Numbered from the stretch's first letter, positions 1-9,912 are shown. The stretch: 64,000 bases of DNA from Desulfatiglandales bacterium (GCA_963662465.1 OY759599.1:4896001-4960000); one strand, 5' to 3'. The notes: generated by a model not told the origin, from the sequence alone. Translations and numbers: made by a program.

Positions 1-2
1 GA

Positions 3-1169
3 GAAAAACAGAGGCAAACGGCCTCTTCTACATCGGAGTCTCGCCCCTCGGGTCAGAGTAAATCCACCACCAGGGATACCGTGCCACCTGAAATTATCCT
101 GATCAGTCCGGTCCAGAATGACAGAGATTTGGTGCTGACCCTTAAAAATTTAGAAATCATTGAGGGCCAGGTCAAAGATGACAGCCCGCTGGTGTTTTTC
201 AGGATCAACAATGAAGATACTGAGGTGAACGGGGATGGCTTTTTTTCCAAAGCCATTGTTCTGAAAAAAGGAGACTGCAAGTTTATTCTGGAAGCGCTGG
301 ATAATGCCGGCAATCGGGCGATAAAAGAATTCAGCCTTTCCAGAAAACCGAACGGTTCAGGCCCGGAAGCAAGGGCATGGGCGACTGCAAAAATGCCGAC
401 TCTTTGGGGCCTTTCCATCGGGGTTTCCAAATACGGCAGTACAGCTGTGGATCTAAAATACGCGCATCTGGATGCGCAGAGTCTGTCACGGTTCCTGAAA
501 GATCAGGAGGGTAATCTCTTCAAAGAAGTCCATTTTAAAACCCTTGTCAACCAGGAGGTCACAAGGGATGTGGTACTGAAAACGATTTCCAGTCACTTGG
601 GCAAGGCATCTGAAAATGATGTGGCCTTCATCTTCATTGCGGGACATGGCATCAAGCATTCTCAGACCGGTTCCTATTATTTCATGCCTTATGATGCCGA
701 TTTCAACACGGCACTGTCCAAAGGCCTTCGTATGTCCGACTTTAACGAAGCTATCAATATTCTGTCAAAAAATGTTCGGAAAGTGATTGTTGCTATGGAT
801 ACCTGCCATGCCGGCGCCATTGGAGGAAGCGGGGAAAGAGCCATGGGCGGCGGAGAGGATCTTACCCGAGTTCTTGAAGCAGCCTCCGGAAGGTTTATCC
901 TGGCCGCATCAAAGGGCGGGGAAGCTTCTCTGGAAAATGAAAAATTCAAGCTCCATGAGGGGGATTCGGGGCATGGGGCTTTCACCTATGCCTTGATCAA
1001 AGGCATGTCGGGGGAGAGTGATTATGATGGAGATCTCTGCATCACCCTGCAGGAGCTGTCCCACTATGTGGCCAAGCAGGTTCCGCGTTTAACCGATGGG
1101 TGCCAGCATCCCTACTTCAGGTCCGAAGGGACGGACATGCCCTTTATACTTCTCGGTAAAGAACCATGA
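3..1169 (+). CDS. Caspase-family (peptidase C14, orthocaspase-like) protein with a preceding Ig-like module; 5'-truncated by the window edge
   Basis: His-Cys dyad motifs FIAGHG and DTCHAG, plus IGVSKY..LKYA..DA and GHGAFTYALIKGM. The frame is open from base 3 (EKQRQTASS...RDTVPPEI), so the real start lies upstream. Confidence 0.9.
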   Translation, partial: EKQRQTASSTSESRPSGQSKSTTRDTVPPEIILISPVQNDRDLVLTLKNLEIIEGQVKDDSPLVFFRINNEDTEVNGDGFFSKAIVLKKGDCKFILEALDNAGNRAIKEFSLSRKPNGSGPEARAWATAKMPTLWGLSIGVSKYGSTAVDLKYAHLDAQSLSRFLKDQEGNLFKEVHFKTLVNQEVTRDVVLKTISSHLGKASENDVAFIFIAGHGIKHSQTGSYYFMPYDADFNTALSKGLRMSDFNEAINILSKNVRKVIVAMDTCHAGAIGGSGERAMGGGEDLTRVLEAASGRFILAASKGGEASLENEKFKLHEGDSGHGAFTYALIKGMSGESDYDGDLCITLQELSHYVAKQVPRLTDGCQHPYFRSEGTDMPFILLGKEP

Positions 1170-1206
1170 TTGTCGCTGATGCTTATGAAAGGGAAAGGAG
1201 CGTGTT

Positions 1207-1902
1207 TTGAGAAATAATTGTACCCCCATTGCGTTTTTGCGTCGGACAATGCTCACCGCTGTTATGCTTCTGATGGGTTGCGCCGCCTCTCAACCGGTTT
1301 CGCCGGTGACCAAAATCCCACCTCCGCTGAAAAAAATAGACTGGTCCAGACTGCCTCCTGCACCCAAGAAAAAAGCCTTGGTGGCGGTGGCCGGTTTCGA
1401 GAACAAGAGCACCTATTCCGCCGATAAGCTCTGGGACACATCGTCCCAGATCCTGGCGGCATATCTTTTGCGCAGTGGCTATTTCCGGGTGGTGGAATGG
1501 TCGAAAATGAAACGGCTCTTTGACTGGGATACCCTGAGCGCCGCCAGTATTATCAAATCTCCGGAGAACATGAAAAAAGCCCAGCGCATTCTGCTCTGCG
1601 AGGATTTTATTTCCGGATCCATCACCTATTTTGATGTGCGCCAGCATGCTCAGGTGAGTGCCATGAGCAAGCAGAAGACCATCGACACCACCATTCGGGT
1701 CGATCTGCTGCTTCAAAGCGCACAAACCGGAGAATACCTCGCCGCTGGAACCGGGGAATCTTCGGTGAGGCAAGTTTACGCCGGGGGACTCTCCGGGGGA
1801 CAGACCGGCAGCTGGGACCCGGCATCCGCCGATAGGGCTTTGGATCAGGCTATTGGAAAAGCGCTATTTGAATTGATTGAGAATTATCACCGGCGGGGAT
1901 GA
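1207..1902 (+). CDS. CsgG/HfaB-family lipoprotein
   Basis: Lipobox LLMGC; VAVAGFENKS...LLRSGYFRVVE...ISGSITYFD...RVDLLL..TGE pattern; AAGGAG RBS 6 nt before the TTG start. Confidence 0.75.
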   Translation: MRNNCTPIAFLRRTMLTAVMLLMGCAASQPVSPVTKIPPPLKKIDWSRLPPAPKKKALVAVAGFENKSTYSADKLWDTSSQILAAYLLRSGYFRVVEWSKMKRLFDWDTLSAASIIKSPENMKKAQRILLCEDFISGSITYFDVRQHAQVSAMSKQKTIDTTIRVDLLLQSAQTGEYLAAGTGESSVRQVYAGGLSGGQTGSWDPASADRALDQAIGKALFELIENYHRRG

Positions 1903-1912
1903 AATTCCTTCT

Positions 1913-3184
1913 CTACTCATGCTGCAACGCCGTAATGGGATCCATCCGCGCCGCCTTCCGGGCAGGGTAGAGACCGAAAAAGACCCCCACAAAGACCGAC
2001 ATGAACAGGGGCAATACCACGGCGTAAGGGGTTACCGCCGTATCCCACCCGGCCCAGTGGGTGATGACCCATACCGCCCCCAAGCCCAGGCATACACCCA
2101 TCACACCGCCTACAGAGGTCAGCAGCACCGCCTCGGTAAGAAATTGAAACACAATGTCTCCACGGGTTGCGCCGATAGCCCGGCGGATTCCGATTTCCCG
2201 GGTCCGCTCGGAGACCGTAGCCAGCATGATGTTCATGATGCCGATGCCACCCACCAGGAGGGATACTCCCGCAATGGCCCCCAGCACAATGTTGAAAACG
2301 CGCTGGGTTCGCCGGGCCTGGTTCAACAGCTCCATGGGAACAATCACCTGGTAATCCTTCACCCGGTTGTGGGCCACCTCCATCAACCGCTCCACCATCT
2401 GCCCCGCCTCCAGGACCGTGTCCGTGGAAATCGCCCGGGCCACGATTTCGCTGAGTGCCTCTCCGCCCCAACGACCAGCCTGCCCAGAACGCCGGTCCAC
2501 CCCCGTATGAGCCCCCAGAGGAAGGAAGATAACCTGATTGAAATCGCGACTGACCATGGCGCCGCTTTCCTCCGTCTCCCGGGTGACCCTTTCCAGAATA
2601 CCCATTACCTTGAAGAGGTGGTCCCCAATCCGGATATCTTCTCCCACCTTCCCCGCAACACCGAAATAGGCGGCAACACCGGCGCCCAGCACGCAAACCA
2701 GATTCCGTTTGGCCACATCCCCATCGGCGATGAAGCGCCCTTTTGAAAGGCAGAGACCCAGCACCTCCGCATAACCGGGGGTACACGCAAAGATCTGCGG
2801 TGAGACATCCCGGGAAATCCCATGGGCCGAGGCTTTCACCTCCTTGAGGCAGACCGTATCCCGGATGAGGGGGCAGCTTCGCCGGATCTGCGCCATGTCC
2901 TCCCGACTCAGGCCCATGGACCATCTGAGGCGGGCCTTGGTCTGCTCCTCCGCCGTCAAGGCCACGGCTGTGATATAGATATTCCGGGCACCCAGTTCCT
3001 CAATCTGCCGGACCACCTTTTCCCTGGCACCCTCGCCTACAGACACCATGGCCAGTACAGCCATCACACCGCATACCACCCCCAGGATGCTCAAGGCGGA
3101 CCGGAGCTTATGGCGCACCAGGGATCTGGCGGCCACATGTATGGTCTTTACCGCCTGCTCAATCCGCCTGAACAACTTCGCCAT
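1913..3184 (-). CDS. MacB/FtsX-type ABC transporter permease
   Basis: RSALSILGVVCGV, VGGIGIMNIMLATVSERTREIGIRRAIGA and YPARKAARMDPITAL signatures. Confidence 0.93.
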   Translation of the reverse strand: MAKLFRRIEQAVKTIHVAARSLVRHKLRSALSILGVVCGVMAVLAMVSVGEGAREKVVRQIEELGARNIYITAVALTAEEQTKARLRWSMGLSREDMAQIRRSCPLIRDTVCLKEVKASAHGISRDVSPQIFACTPGYAEVLGLCLSKGRFIADGDVAKRNLVCVLGAGVAAYFGVAGKVGEDIRIGDHLFKVMGILERVTRETEESGAMVSRDFNQVIFLPLGAHTGVDRRSGQAGRWGGEALSEIVARAISTDTVLEAGQMVERLMEVAHNRVKDYQVIVPMELLNQARRTQRVFNIVLGAIAGVSLLVGGIGIMNIMLATVSERTREIGIRRAIGATRGDIVFQFLTEAVLLTSVGGVMGVCLGLGAVWVITHWAGWDTAVTPYAVVLPLFMSVFVGVFFGLYPARKAARMDPITALQHE

Positions 3185-3842
3185 CCTTCAGCACCACGGT
3201 TCGTCCCGCGTGGGCCGCCACCTCACGGTCATGGGTGACCATGATAACGGTGACCCCAGCCTTGTGAACACCTCGGAAAAGGGAAAGGATATCCTTCCCT
3301 GTCCGACTGTCCAGGTTCCCCGTAGGCTCATCGGCCAGGATCAGTTTGGGTCCCATAACCATTGCCCTGGCAATGGCCACCCGCTGCATTTCGCCCCCTG
3401 ATAGTTCGCCCGGCCTGTGGGTCAGCCGGTGCTGCAAGCCCACATGTTCCAGGGCTTCCAGTACCCGCCCATGGGGATCTTTCCCTTTGCTGCCGCTCGA
3501 ATATAGAAAGGGTACTTCCACGTTCTCCACGATACTCAGGTCCGGCAGCAGGTTGAATGTTTGAAACACGAATCCGATGGCATCGGCCCGCACGCTGGCC
3601 AGTTCCCGGTCGGAGGCCCAGCGGATGTCCACACCATCGAAAATATACTGCCCGGAGGTGGGCCTCCCCAGACATCCAAGGATGTGCATGAGGGTGGACT
3701 TGCCCGATCCGGAAGGCCCCATGACGGCCACCCACTCCCCGGATTGCACCGAAAAATCAACGCCTCTGAGAACAGGGATCTCGGTGTCTCCCCTCATATA
3801 AGTTTTGACAAGGGATCGGGCGTCTATCAGCGGTTGCATCAT
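3159..3842 (-). CDS. ABC transporter ATP-binding protein (MacB/LolD type)
   Basis: Walker [39 protein letters not shown]. Confidence 0.95.
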   Translation of the reverse strand: MMQPLIDARSLVKTYMRGDTEIPVLRGVDFSVQSGEWVAVMGPSGSGKSTLMHILGCLGRPTSGQYIFDGVDIRWASDRELASVRADAIGFVFQTFNLLPDLSIVENVEVPFLYSSGSKGKDPHGRVLEALEHVGLQHRLTHRPGELSGGEMQRVAIARAMVMGPKLILADEPTGNLDSRTGKDILSLFRGVHKAGVTVIMVTHDREVAAHAGRTVVLKDGEVVQAD

Positions 3843-5290
3843 TATCCCCCCGGTCTTACGAGGGCCACCTTATCCCCCGGTTTCAGGCCTGCCAGGACCT
3901 CCACCAAGTCTTCATTTTCACGGCCTGTCCGCACACCCACTTTATCAAACCCGCTCATCCCCTGCCGATAGCAGAAAGTGTCCACGCCTTCGCGGAATAC
4001 CGCCTGAATGGGCACGGTGAGGACCGATGACGCCACTGCTTTGCTCAGAATGGAAACCCTGGCGGTCATGCCGGGCCTCATTCGGTCGTCCCGCCCCTTC
4101 AGGGCGACCCGCACCCGAAAATATTTCTCCCCATTGGAACCCTCAAACCGATTGGCAGCCATGACTCCGATGAATATCACTTCGGCCTGGAAGCGCGCGT
4201 CCGGGTAGGCGTCCATGGTTACCCGACAGGGCTGGCCCAGCCGCACCTTGTGGAGGTCGATCTCCCGGACCTGGGTCTTGACGATGAGGGAGGTGATGTC
4301 CGGCAGATAGAGAAGGGGCTGGTTCTGCCACGCCTTATCCCCGATCCTTGGCTTTCGCTTCTCCCCGTCCCGAAATGTTTCAAACAATATGGCGATTCCC
4401 TCGCAGGGCGCACAAATGACCGTTTTGTCCATCTCCTCCCGACCTCGCTGAAGGGCGGTTTTTTTGCTTTCCAGTTTTCCCAGGACTTCGTGAAGGGCTG
4501 CATCGGCCTGGGCGACCTTGTAAACACTCCCTTTTCGGGTCTGCTCCAGCTCAATTTCGGCCCGTTCCACCTGGGACTTGGCGGTTTCCACCAGCGAGGG
4601 AAGGACATGGGCTTTGTAGCTGGTGTATTTGGTTTTGGCCGACTCGTACTTTTCCTTCAGTTCGGCATACTTATCCTTTGCCAGACTGATCTCCGTGGGG
4701 TTCCCGAAGCCTTTTGTGTTGAGCTTTTCCAGGTCCCGAATGTAGGCGGCGTAGCGGCCTGACTCCTCCTTTGCGGCCCGCATCTCCTCCCCGTACTGGG
4801 CGAGGTTCAAAGGGCCTTCCCCTTCCACCACCTTTTTCAGGTCCAGGTGAGCCACCTTGAGAGTGTATTCCGCCGAGCGGATCTCGCGACCCACCTGGTT
4901 TTTCTGCCACTCCACCTTCTGTCGTTCCCCTTCCACTGCCGCCTGAAGGCTCAGGATCTCGCCGTCCAGTTCCTGGATACGTTCTTCGAAGGGGGTGGGG
5001 TCCAGACGCACCAGCACGTCCCCTTCCTTTACCTGGATACCTTCCTCCACCAGCCAGATAATCTTGCCCCGGTCGCCCCGGATGGACGAGGAGACCATGC
5101 GGGAGTGGGCCGTGTCCAGTACCCCAAGAGTGCTGACGCGCACCTCGAAACTTCTGGGCAGGGCGGTGCTAACCCGGACCTGCTGCTCTTCGGGCGCGGA
5201 GCCGCTGTAGCGCACGGCGAGGATCGCCACGAGGCAGGCCAGGGTGGCGCCCAGGAGGTACTTGGGGATGGTTTTAGTGCGATTGGGCAT
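3842..5290 (-). CDS. Periplasmic adaptor (membrane fusion protein, MacA/HlyD type) with a long coiled-coil hairpin
   Basis: N-terminal TM anchor, split lipoyl motifs (VEEGIQVKEGDVLVRLD; ICAPCEG), MRPGMTARV, VPIQAV, GLKPGDKV. Confidence 0.9.
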   Translation of the reverse strand: MPNRTKTIPKYLLGATLACLVAILAVRYSGSAPEEQQVRVSTALPRSFEVRVSTLGVLDTAHSRMVSSSIRGDRGKIIWLVEEGIQVKEGDVLVRLDPTPFEERIQELDGEILSLQAAVEGERQKVEWQKNQVGREIRSAEYTLKVAHLDLKKVVEGEGPLNLAQYGEEMRAAKEESGRYAAYIRDLEKLNTKGFGNPTEISLAKDKYAELKEKYESAKTKYTSYKAHVLPSLVETAKSQVERAEIELEQTRKGSVYKVAQADAALHEVLGKLESKKTALQRGREEMDKTVICAPCEGIAILFETFRDGEKRKPRIGDKAWQNQPLLYLPDITSLIVKTQVREIDLHKVRLGQPCRVTMDAYPDARFQAEVIFIGVMAANRFEGSNGEKYFRVRVALKGRDDRMRPGMTARVSILSKAVASSVLTVPIQAVFREGVDTFCYRQGMSGFDKVGVRTGRENEDLVEVLAGLKPGDKVALVRPGG

Positions 5291-5322
5291 TGTGTTTGTG
5301 TTGCTCAGGGTTGTATTATTTC

Positions 5323-5396
5323 ACCACGGAAACACAGAGATAACAGAGGTTTTTGAAAAAAAGTTTTTTTACAGTGTTAGCTGTGTAATCCGTGGT
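5323..5396. repeat. Imperfect inverted repeat ACCACGGAAACACAG...CTGTGTAATCCGTGGT
   Basis: Complementary arms around an A/T-rich spacer; a related element lies at 8427-8473. Confidence 0.6.
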
Positions 5397-5409
5397 ATAG
5401 AATCCTCCT

Positions 5410-6465
5410 TTACTGTGCGAGCCCACGAAGTGTCAGTGGTTCACTAATGGCGACCCGGGTTGTGCCTTCATTATCTTTGTACCAGAAAGCGTAGTTCCCG
5501 GTTTCATCACTGGCTGAATAGGACCTCGATACCCACCATTCCTGGTCGCAATAGGTCCCTTTAGCCGCAATGACCGTACTCGGTTGATCACAGAAAGTGA
5601 ACCAGTTGACGAAATCATCAGAGGAATATAGACATTCGGCCATCGTTGTGAGGCATTCGTTAAACTGACCGAATCGCAGCACTTCAACCGGGTAGTTGTT
5701 TGGGTTGTACACCGTGTATGTCAATTCATAAAATAGGTCAGATGGTCTCTGAATTGGATCAACCGGATTTGGCGAAAAAGTGATTTCAAGGGGCTGGTGC
5801 GTTTCAGAAGGGTATATGATGTACACATCCTTGATGGTGGCGGTAACCTCGCCGCCATTGGGGCCAGTTCCCACGCCGAACCAGTTGTAGTAATTTGTTC
5901 CTTCCATATCAAAGGGGGGCTCAAATTTTCTTGTTCCATAGCCCTCCACGTAATACCAAACCTCATTTCCGACCCTTGTAAGCGCCATCGTAATATCTTG
6001 TCCAAGTCTATACTGCCAGTCCCCGAAAAACCCATCCATATATCTTTCTATATTCCATTCAGTATCATTTGAACGATTTAAAACGCAGCTAATTGGCGCA
6101 AAGCCTTCGGAACCTGGGTCACTTAAGTACCAATATCCAACACGAATATTTGCAGTCAGATAATCATTACCGAGATAGCCCGCTCTTTTGCCAATACCGC
6201 AACCGACATTGTCTTTTAGATGGGATATGTGAATGGTAGCCTGAAATCCAAGGCACCCTTCGTAATCTTTTCCGATACTTACATTCACATTTTGCCCGCT
6301 GTTGATTGTAGCTGTAGCAGAATTTTCAAAGAATTGCCAAGTTCCTTGCTCGTAATTCCAATCCACAAGGCTCTCGACCGGTACGAGTCTCTGGGCAGTA
6401 CATACGTTTGAATGAACCATGAAGCAAGAAAAAACGAGTAATGCAAGGATTGTCTTTATCTTCAT
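5410..6465 (-). CDS. Secreted hypothetical protein with two beta-rich domains
   Basis: Start reassigned to MKIKTILALLVFSCF (AGGAGG RBS upstream); signal-peptide-like N-terminus; first domain is paralogous to 6522-7154. Confidence 0.75.
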   Translation of the reverse strand: MKIKTILALLVFSCFMVHSNVCTAQRLVPVESLVDWNYEQGTWQFFENSATATINSGQNVNVSIGKDYEGCLGFQATIHISHLKDNVGCGIGKRAGYLGNDYLTANIRVGYWYLSDPGSEGFAPISCVLNRSNDTEWNIERYMDGFFGDWQYRLGQDITMALTRVGNEVWYYVEGYGTRKFEPPFDMEGTNYYNWFGVGTGPNGGEVTATIKDVYIIYPSETHQPLEITFSPNPVDPIQRPSDLFYELTYTVYNPNNYPVEVLRFGQFNECLTTMAECLYSSDDFVNWFTFCDQPSTVIAAKGTYCDQEWWVSRSYSASDETGNYAFWYKDNEGTTRVAISEPLTLRGLAQ

Positions 6466-6521
6466 CAGTTTGTTCCTCCTGTTCGCCTGTGCAGAAAGTG
6501 GCCGCAATTTTTTCGCATTTT

Positions 6522-7154
6522 CTAGTCCGGGTAAACGACCGAAACGTCCTTTATCGTTGTCGTGATCCGGCTGCCGGGCGTTAAATTCTCCACGTCAAAT
6601 TGAACGTTATCGGCCATCTCACCCAGATTGATGGTTGGCGCGAACTTGGATACCCCATAGCCTGGAACGGTAAACCAGATTTCATTTCCGCTACGAGCGA
6701 TTTCCACAGTGATATCCCTGCCGGTAAGGAGTTCGAATTCCCCGAGATAACCGACTTCATAGGTATTTGACCAATAGCCCTCTGGATCTATCAGCGCAAT
6801 GTAATAGGATATTTCCCCTTCCCCATCCCATCCGCCATAGCCGATGTCCACGCAGGCCCTTACCGTGTGGTCACCCACGGTCCCTACGGTTTTGCAGATT
6901 CCACAACCGGAAAAGCCGACAATACTGCCCAGATTGATGGTGGCGCGAAGGCCCACGGAATTCTGGTAATTACCCCGCAGAATAGCCCAGCCACCCGCGT
7001 TTGTAACGGTGGCCGCGTTGCCGGAAAATACCCATTCACCCTCGGAATACCACCCCGACAGACTGGAAACGGGCTGATAGGTGAAAGCTTGGGTCAAGCC
7101 GACGGGCAGAATCAGCCATAGAGCTAGAAGCTGGGAAAAAACTTTTTTCTTCAT
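6522..7154 (-). CDS. Secreted hypothetical beta-rich protein
   Basis: Signal peptide MKKKVFSQLLALWLILPVGLTQA; AGGAG RBS; collinear similarity with 5410-6465. Confidence 0.75.
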   Translation of the reverse strand: MKKKVFSQLLALWLILPVGLTQAFTYQPVSSLSGWYSEGEWVFSGNAATVTNAGGWAILRGNYQNSVGLRATINLGSIVGFSGCGICKTVGTVGDHTVRACVDIGYGGWDGEGEISYYIALIDPEGYWSNTYEVGYLGEFELLTGRDITVEIARSGNEIWFTVPGYGVSKFAPTINLGEMADNVQFDVENLTPGSRITTTIKDVSVVYPD

Positions 7155-7233
7155 TTCACACTCCTTTCTTCAGATTTCGGTTTTGTAGGATCTGGAACTA
7201 ACTTTCTCCATGAAAATCACTTTCAAATTGTTT

Positions 7234-8400
7234 TTATCTTCTGATGCCGACAATGGCCTGGGTAACCCCGAATTCCCTCCCCGGGTAGCATGGTGCATTT
7301 GCCGAAGTCCAGTGTCGGGATATGGTTCCGCCGCCTTCCAGTCGGTTCCCCGAAGAATCCAGGCGGAGTTCCCGTTCGACCCGTTGATAGCTTGTCCAGG
7401 TCTCTCCCGGAGTACCATTCTCATCTTCGTAAGAGTACCTTAGGACGCCGCCTGAAAAGGTTCCCTGGTTAGTTCCATCGGAAGAAGAAAGCGTTACGGT
7501 GGAACCTTCCTGAGTAATGTTTACGTCATAGGTGTAATAGCCCCATATCTCCGCACCTGGGTGACATTCTTCATTGATCTTCTCCACCGGTGTATACTGA
7601 AACTGCCAACTCCCCGCAACCGTTGGGGCTGGTGGAGGGGGGGCGGGCGAGCTGTCATCTCCCCCGCCGCCTCCTGCAATCGCGGCACCCCCGCCCACGA
7701 CGGCGGCGGCGCCTGCGCCGATGCCCACCATGGCGCCGGTGGAGAGACCGGTGGAGGCGGCGACTGTTCCTCCGCTGGTGGCGGCGGCCGCGGCGCCGGT
7801 GGCGCCCCCGGTGGAGGCAATCTGGGTGGCGGTGTAGATGCCGGCCGCCACAAAGCCGAATCGCGCAGAGGACTCCACCACGTCCATTACGATTGAATCC
7901 GTAAAACCGGGTACCGTGGCAGGCGCCGATGACAATTCAGTACTCACCTGAATGGAACCTGTGGAAGCCACCTGCTGATATTCAGGAAGCGCACCCTGAT
8001 CCGCAGGCTTTCGCTCGGCCTGAAAGGCCTGTGTGCGCACCACTTGGTCTTTGTTGTTGACCGCCAGGATGAGATAGCTAATGGCGGCGGTGTTCTCGGC
8101 GGGCGCAGGCAGGATCCCCTGGTATTGATCTCCCTCGGAAAGGGCCATGGGCACGAACACATAATCCGCCTGGCCGACCGCCTTGAAATAACAGCGAACC
8201 AGCTTCACTCCCGCCGGGTCCTCCACCTCGGCCTTTATCCGAATGCGTTTCCCCGGAACAAAGGTGGTGATGGGATCGGTATCGATCTCGGTTTCGACCT
8301 TCTGAGCACCGGCGCCGAACGCTCCGCAAACAGGCAGAATCCACAGGAATACCGCCAACAGGGATAACACTATCCCAGACTTTCCTCTCTGTTTCACCAT
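7234..8400 (-). CDS. Exported protein: conserved Ig-like N-terminus, Gly-zipper segment, Pro linker, variable beta-rich C-terminal domain
   Basis: Signal peptide; N-terminal ~230 aa match 10157-11401; GGAGG RBS. Confidence 0.85.
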   Translation of the reverse strand: MVKQRGKSGIVLSLLAVFLWILPVCGAFGAGAQKVETEIDTDPITTFVPGKRIRIKAEVEDPAGVKLVRCYFKAVGQADYVFVPMALSEGDQYQGILPAPAENTAAISYLILAVNNKDQVVRTQAFQAERKPADQGALPEYQQVASTGSIQVSTELSSAPATVPGFTDSIVMDVVESSARFGFVAAGIYTATQIASTGGATGAAAAATSGGTVAASTGLSTGAMVGIGAGAAAVVGGGAAIAGGGGGDDSSPAPPPPAPTVAGSWQFQYTPVEKINEECHPGAEIWGYYTYDVNITQEGSTVTLSSSDGTNQGTFSGGVLRYSYEDENGTPGETWTSYQRVERELRLDSSGNRLEGGGTISRHWTSANAPCYPGREFGVTQAIVGIRR

Positions 8401-8426
8401 GTTTTTCCTCCTTGTTTGGTTTTTTT

Positions 8427-8473
8427 ACCACAAAACACAGGATTAAAAAATTCTTCCTCCGTGCCTCTGTGGT
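8427..8473. repeat. Imperfect inverted repeat ACCACAAAACACAGG...CTCCGTGCCTCTGTGGT
   Basis: Same ACCAC...GTGGT termini and ACACAG core as 5323-5396. Confidence 0.5.
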
Positions 8474-8484
8474 GATGACATCCT

Positions 8485-9912
8485 TTATCTTTCAATGAGC
8501 GTGCCCAGGGCGCCACGGAGCCGATAGGTCCCAATGATATAATCCGTCTGGACCGTCAATAGATCCAGCTGGGACCGTTGCAGCTCGGTTTCACTTTCGA
8601 TTACGTCAAAGTTGCTGGCCATGCCGTGATTGAACTTGATTCGCGCCAGTTCCAGTTTTCCTTGGGACTGCCGGATCTGCTCTTTCCTGAGAATGCTGCG
8701 TTTTCGGGCGTCCTTAAGGGCGTCCAACTCACGCCGTACCTCGCGCACGATCTCGTCCCGCCGGGTGAGCATGGAAAGGCGGGTGGTTTCGATGTTCATG
8801 AGGCTCTGCCGAAAAGCCCCCTTTTCCGCGGTACGGGCCCAATCCGTGCCGGTCACCAGGTTGATGCTCCAGCTTTGCTCGTTGAACCGCCAGGAATCCC
8901 CGAAGTTATCGCCCAAATTATAGCGCTTATAACCGGCCACCAGGTTCAGCTTGGGCAGCAGATTGCTCTCTGAGACTTTCGACTGCCGCTCCGATTCCCG
9001 CAGAGCATCCTGGGCCTGTTCTAGTTCTACGCGGTTCTTGAGCGCCACCCGAACGGCCTCCTTTTCCCCAATTTCCATGGTTTCGGGAACCAAGGGAGCA
9101 GAAACCCGGATGTCCTCCTCCATGGGCAGGGCCAGGATCAGTTTGAGGTCGTCCTTTTTGTTTCGAAGGGTCTCCTGAGTACGGTTGAGTCCGTCCTGGG
9201 CATCCTTGAGCCGGATTTCAGCCCGGTAGATGTCAATGGGGGAAGCCATGCCCACTTTTTCCTTGACCCTGGCGGACTGCACATCGCTCTGTAAACGCGC
9301 TGCCTGGGATTCGTAAAGCCGCACGGACTCCTTCTCTTTAATAACGTTGTAGACCGCGCTAACGGTTTCCAGCACTACACCCACCCGCGTCTGGTAGAGG
9401 GAACGTTCCGCACTACGGACCCCGTACTCGGAGGAACGCACACCGCTCAGGTTCACCTCTCTGCCGAATCCCCGAAGCAGGGGCACATCCACAAAGGTGT
9501 CGACCCTGCCCGTATAGCCGTTTTCACTTCGACCCACGTAAGGGGCGACCGAGACCTTGGGACCGTACTCGAATTTCTTTTCCAGGGTCATCCCCAGCCC
9601 CAGCCCCTTGTCCGTGTCCGAAACATAAGCGTCCGAGCCCGGGATGAACTTGAGTTCGAATTCGGACAATGACGTTTGGAGCGATACCCGGGAACCCTCC
9701 AGCCCGTAGGCCGATGTCAAAAGACGCCGGTTGGCTTCCAGGGCCTGATTGATGGCCTGCTCTAGGGACATGTGTATGCTTCGAGCCGGTTGGGCGTTTG
9801 TTGCAGGCCAAAATTGGGAATGTGCCTCAAAGGCGGTCAAATGATGGAAGAAGATACTATGAAAAATGAAGATACACATGAGGAAATGAGCTGTTTTACA
9901 TTTTGGGATCAT
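8485..9912 (-). CDS. TolC-family outer membrane efflux protein
   Basis: MSLEQAINQALEAN, VPLLRGFG, YNVI, KVGMASPIDI and FNHGMASNFDVIESE: the duplicated OEP repeat pattern. Confidence 0.9.
   Translation of the reverse strand: MIPKCKTAHFLMCIFIFHSIFFHHLTAFEAHSQFWPATNAQPARSIHMSLEQAINQALEANRRLLTSAYGLEGSRVSLQTSLSEFELKFIPGSDAYVSDTDKGLGLGMTLEKKFEYGPKVSVAPYVGRSENGYTGRVDTFVDVPLLRGFGREVNLSGVRSSEYGVRSAERSLYQTRVGVVLETVSAVYNVIKEKESVRLYESQAARLQSDVQSARVKEKVGMASPIDIYRAEIRLKDAQDGLNRTQETLRNKKDDLKLILALPMEEDIRVSAPLVPETMEIGEKEAVRVALKNRVELEQAQDALRESERQSKVSESNLLPKLNLVAGYKRYNLGDNFGDSWRFNEQSWSINLVTGTDWARTAEKGAFRQSLMNIETTRLSMLTRRDEIVREVRRELDALKDARKRSILRKEQIRQSQGKLELARIKFNHGMASNFDVIESETELQRSQLDLLTVQTDYIIGTYRLRGALGTLIER

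Noticed and set aside
1207..1902. Curli biogenesis operon
   Set aside because: No curlin-repeat subunits or csgE/csgF in the window.
1877..2924. Long alternative-frame ORFs (289 aa and 335 aa) over the MacB permease
   Set aside because: Shadow ORFs of a GC-rich gene with no recognisable motifs.
3159..3184. ATPase/permease overlap as a possible frameshifted fused MacB
   Set aside because: Each part is complete with its own start and stop, and split MacB systems are common; no slippery site is evident.
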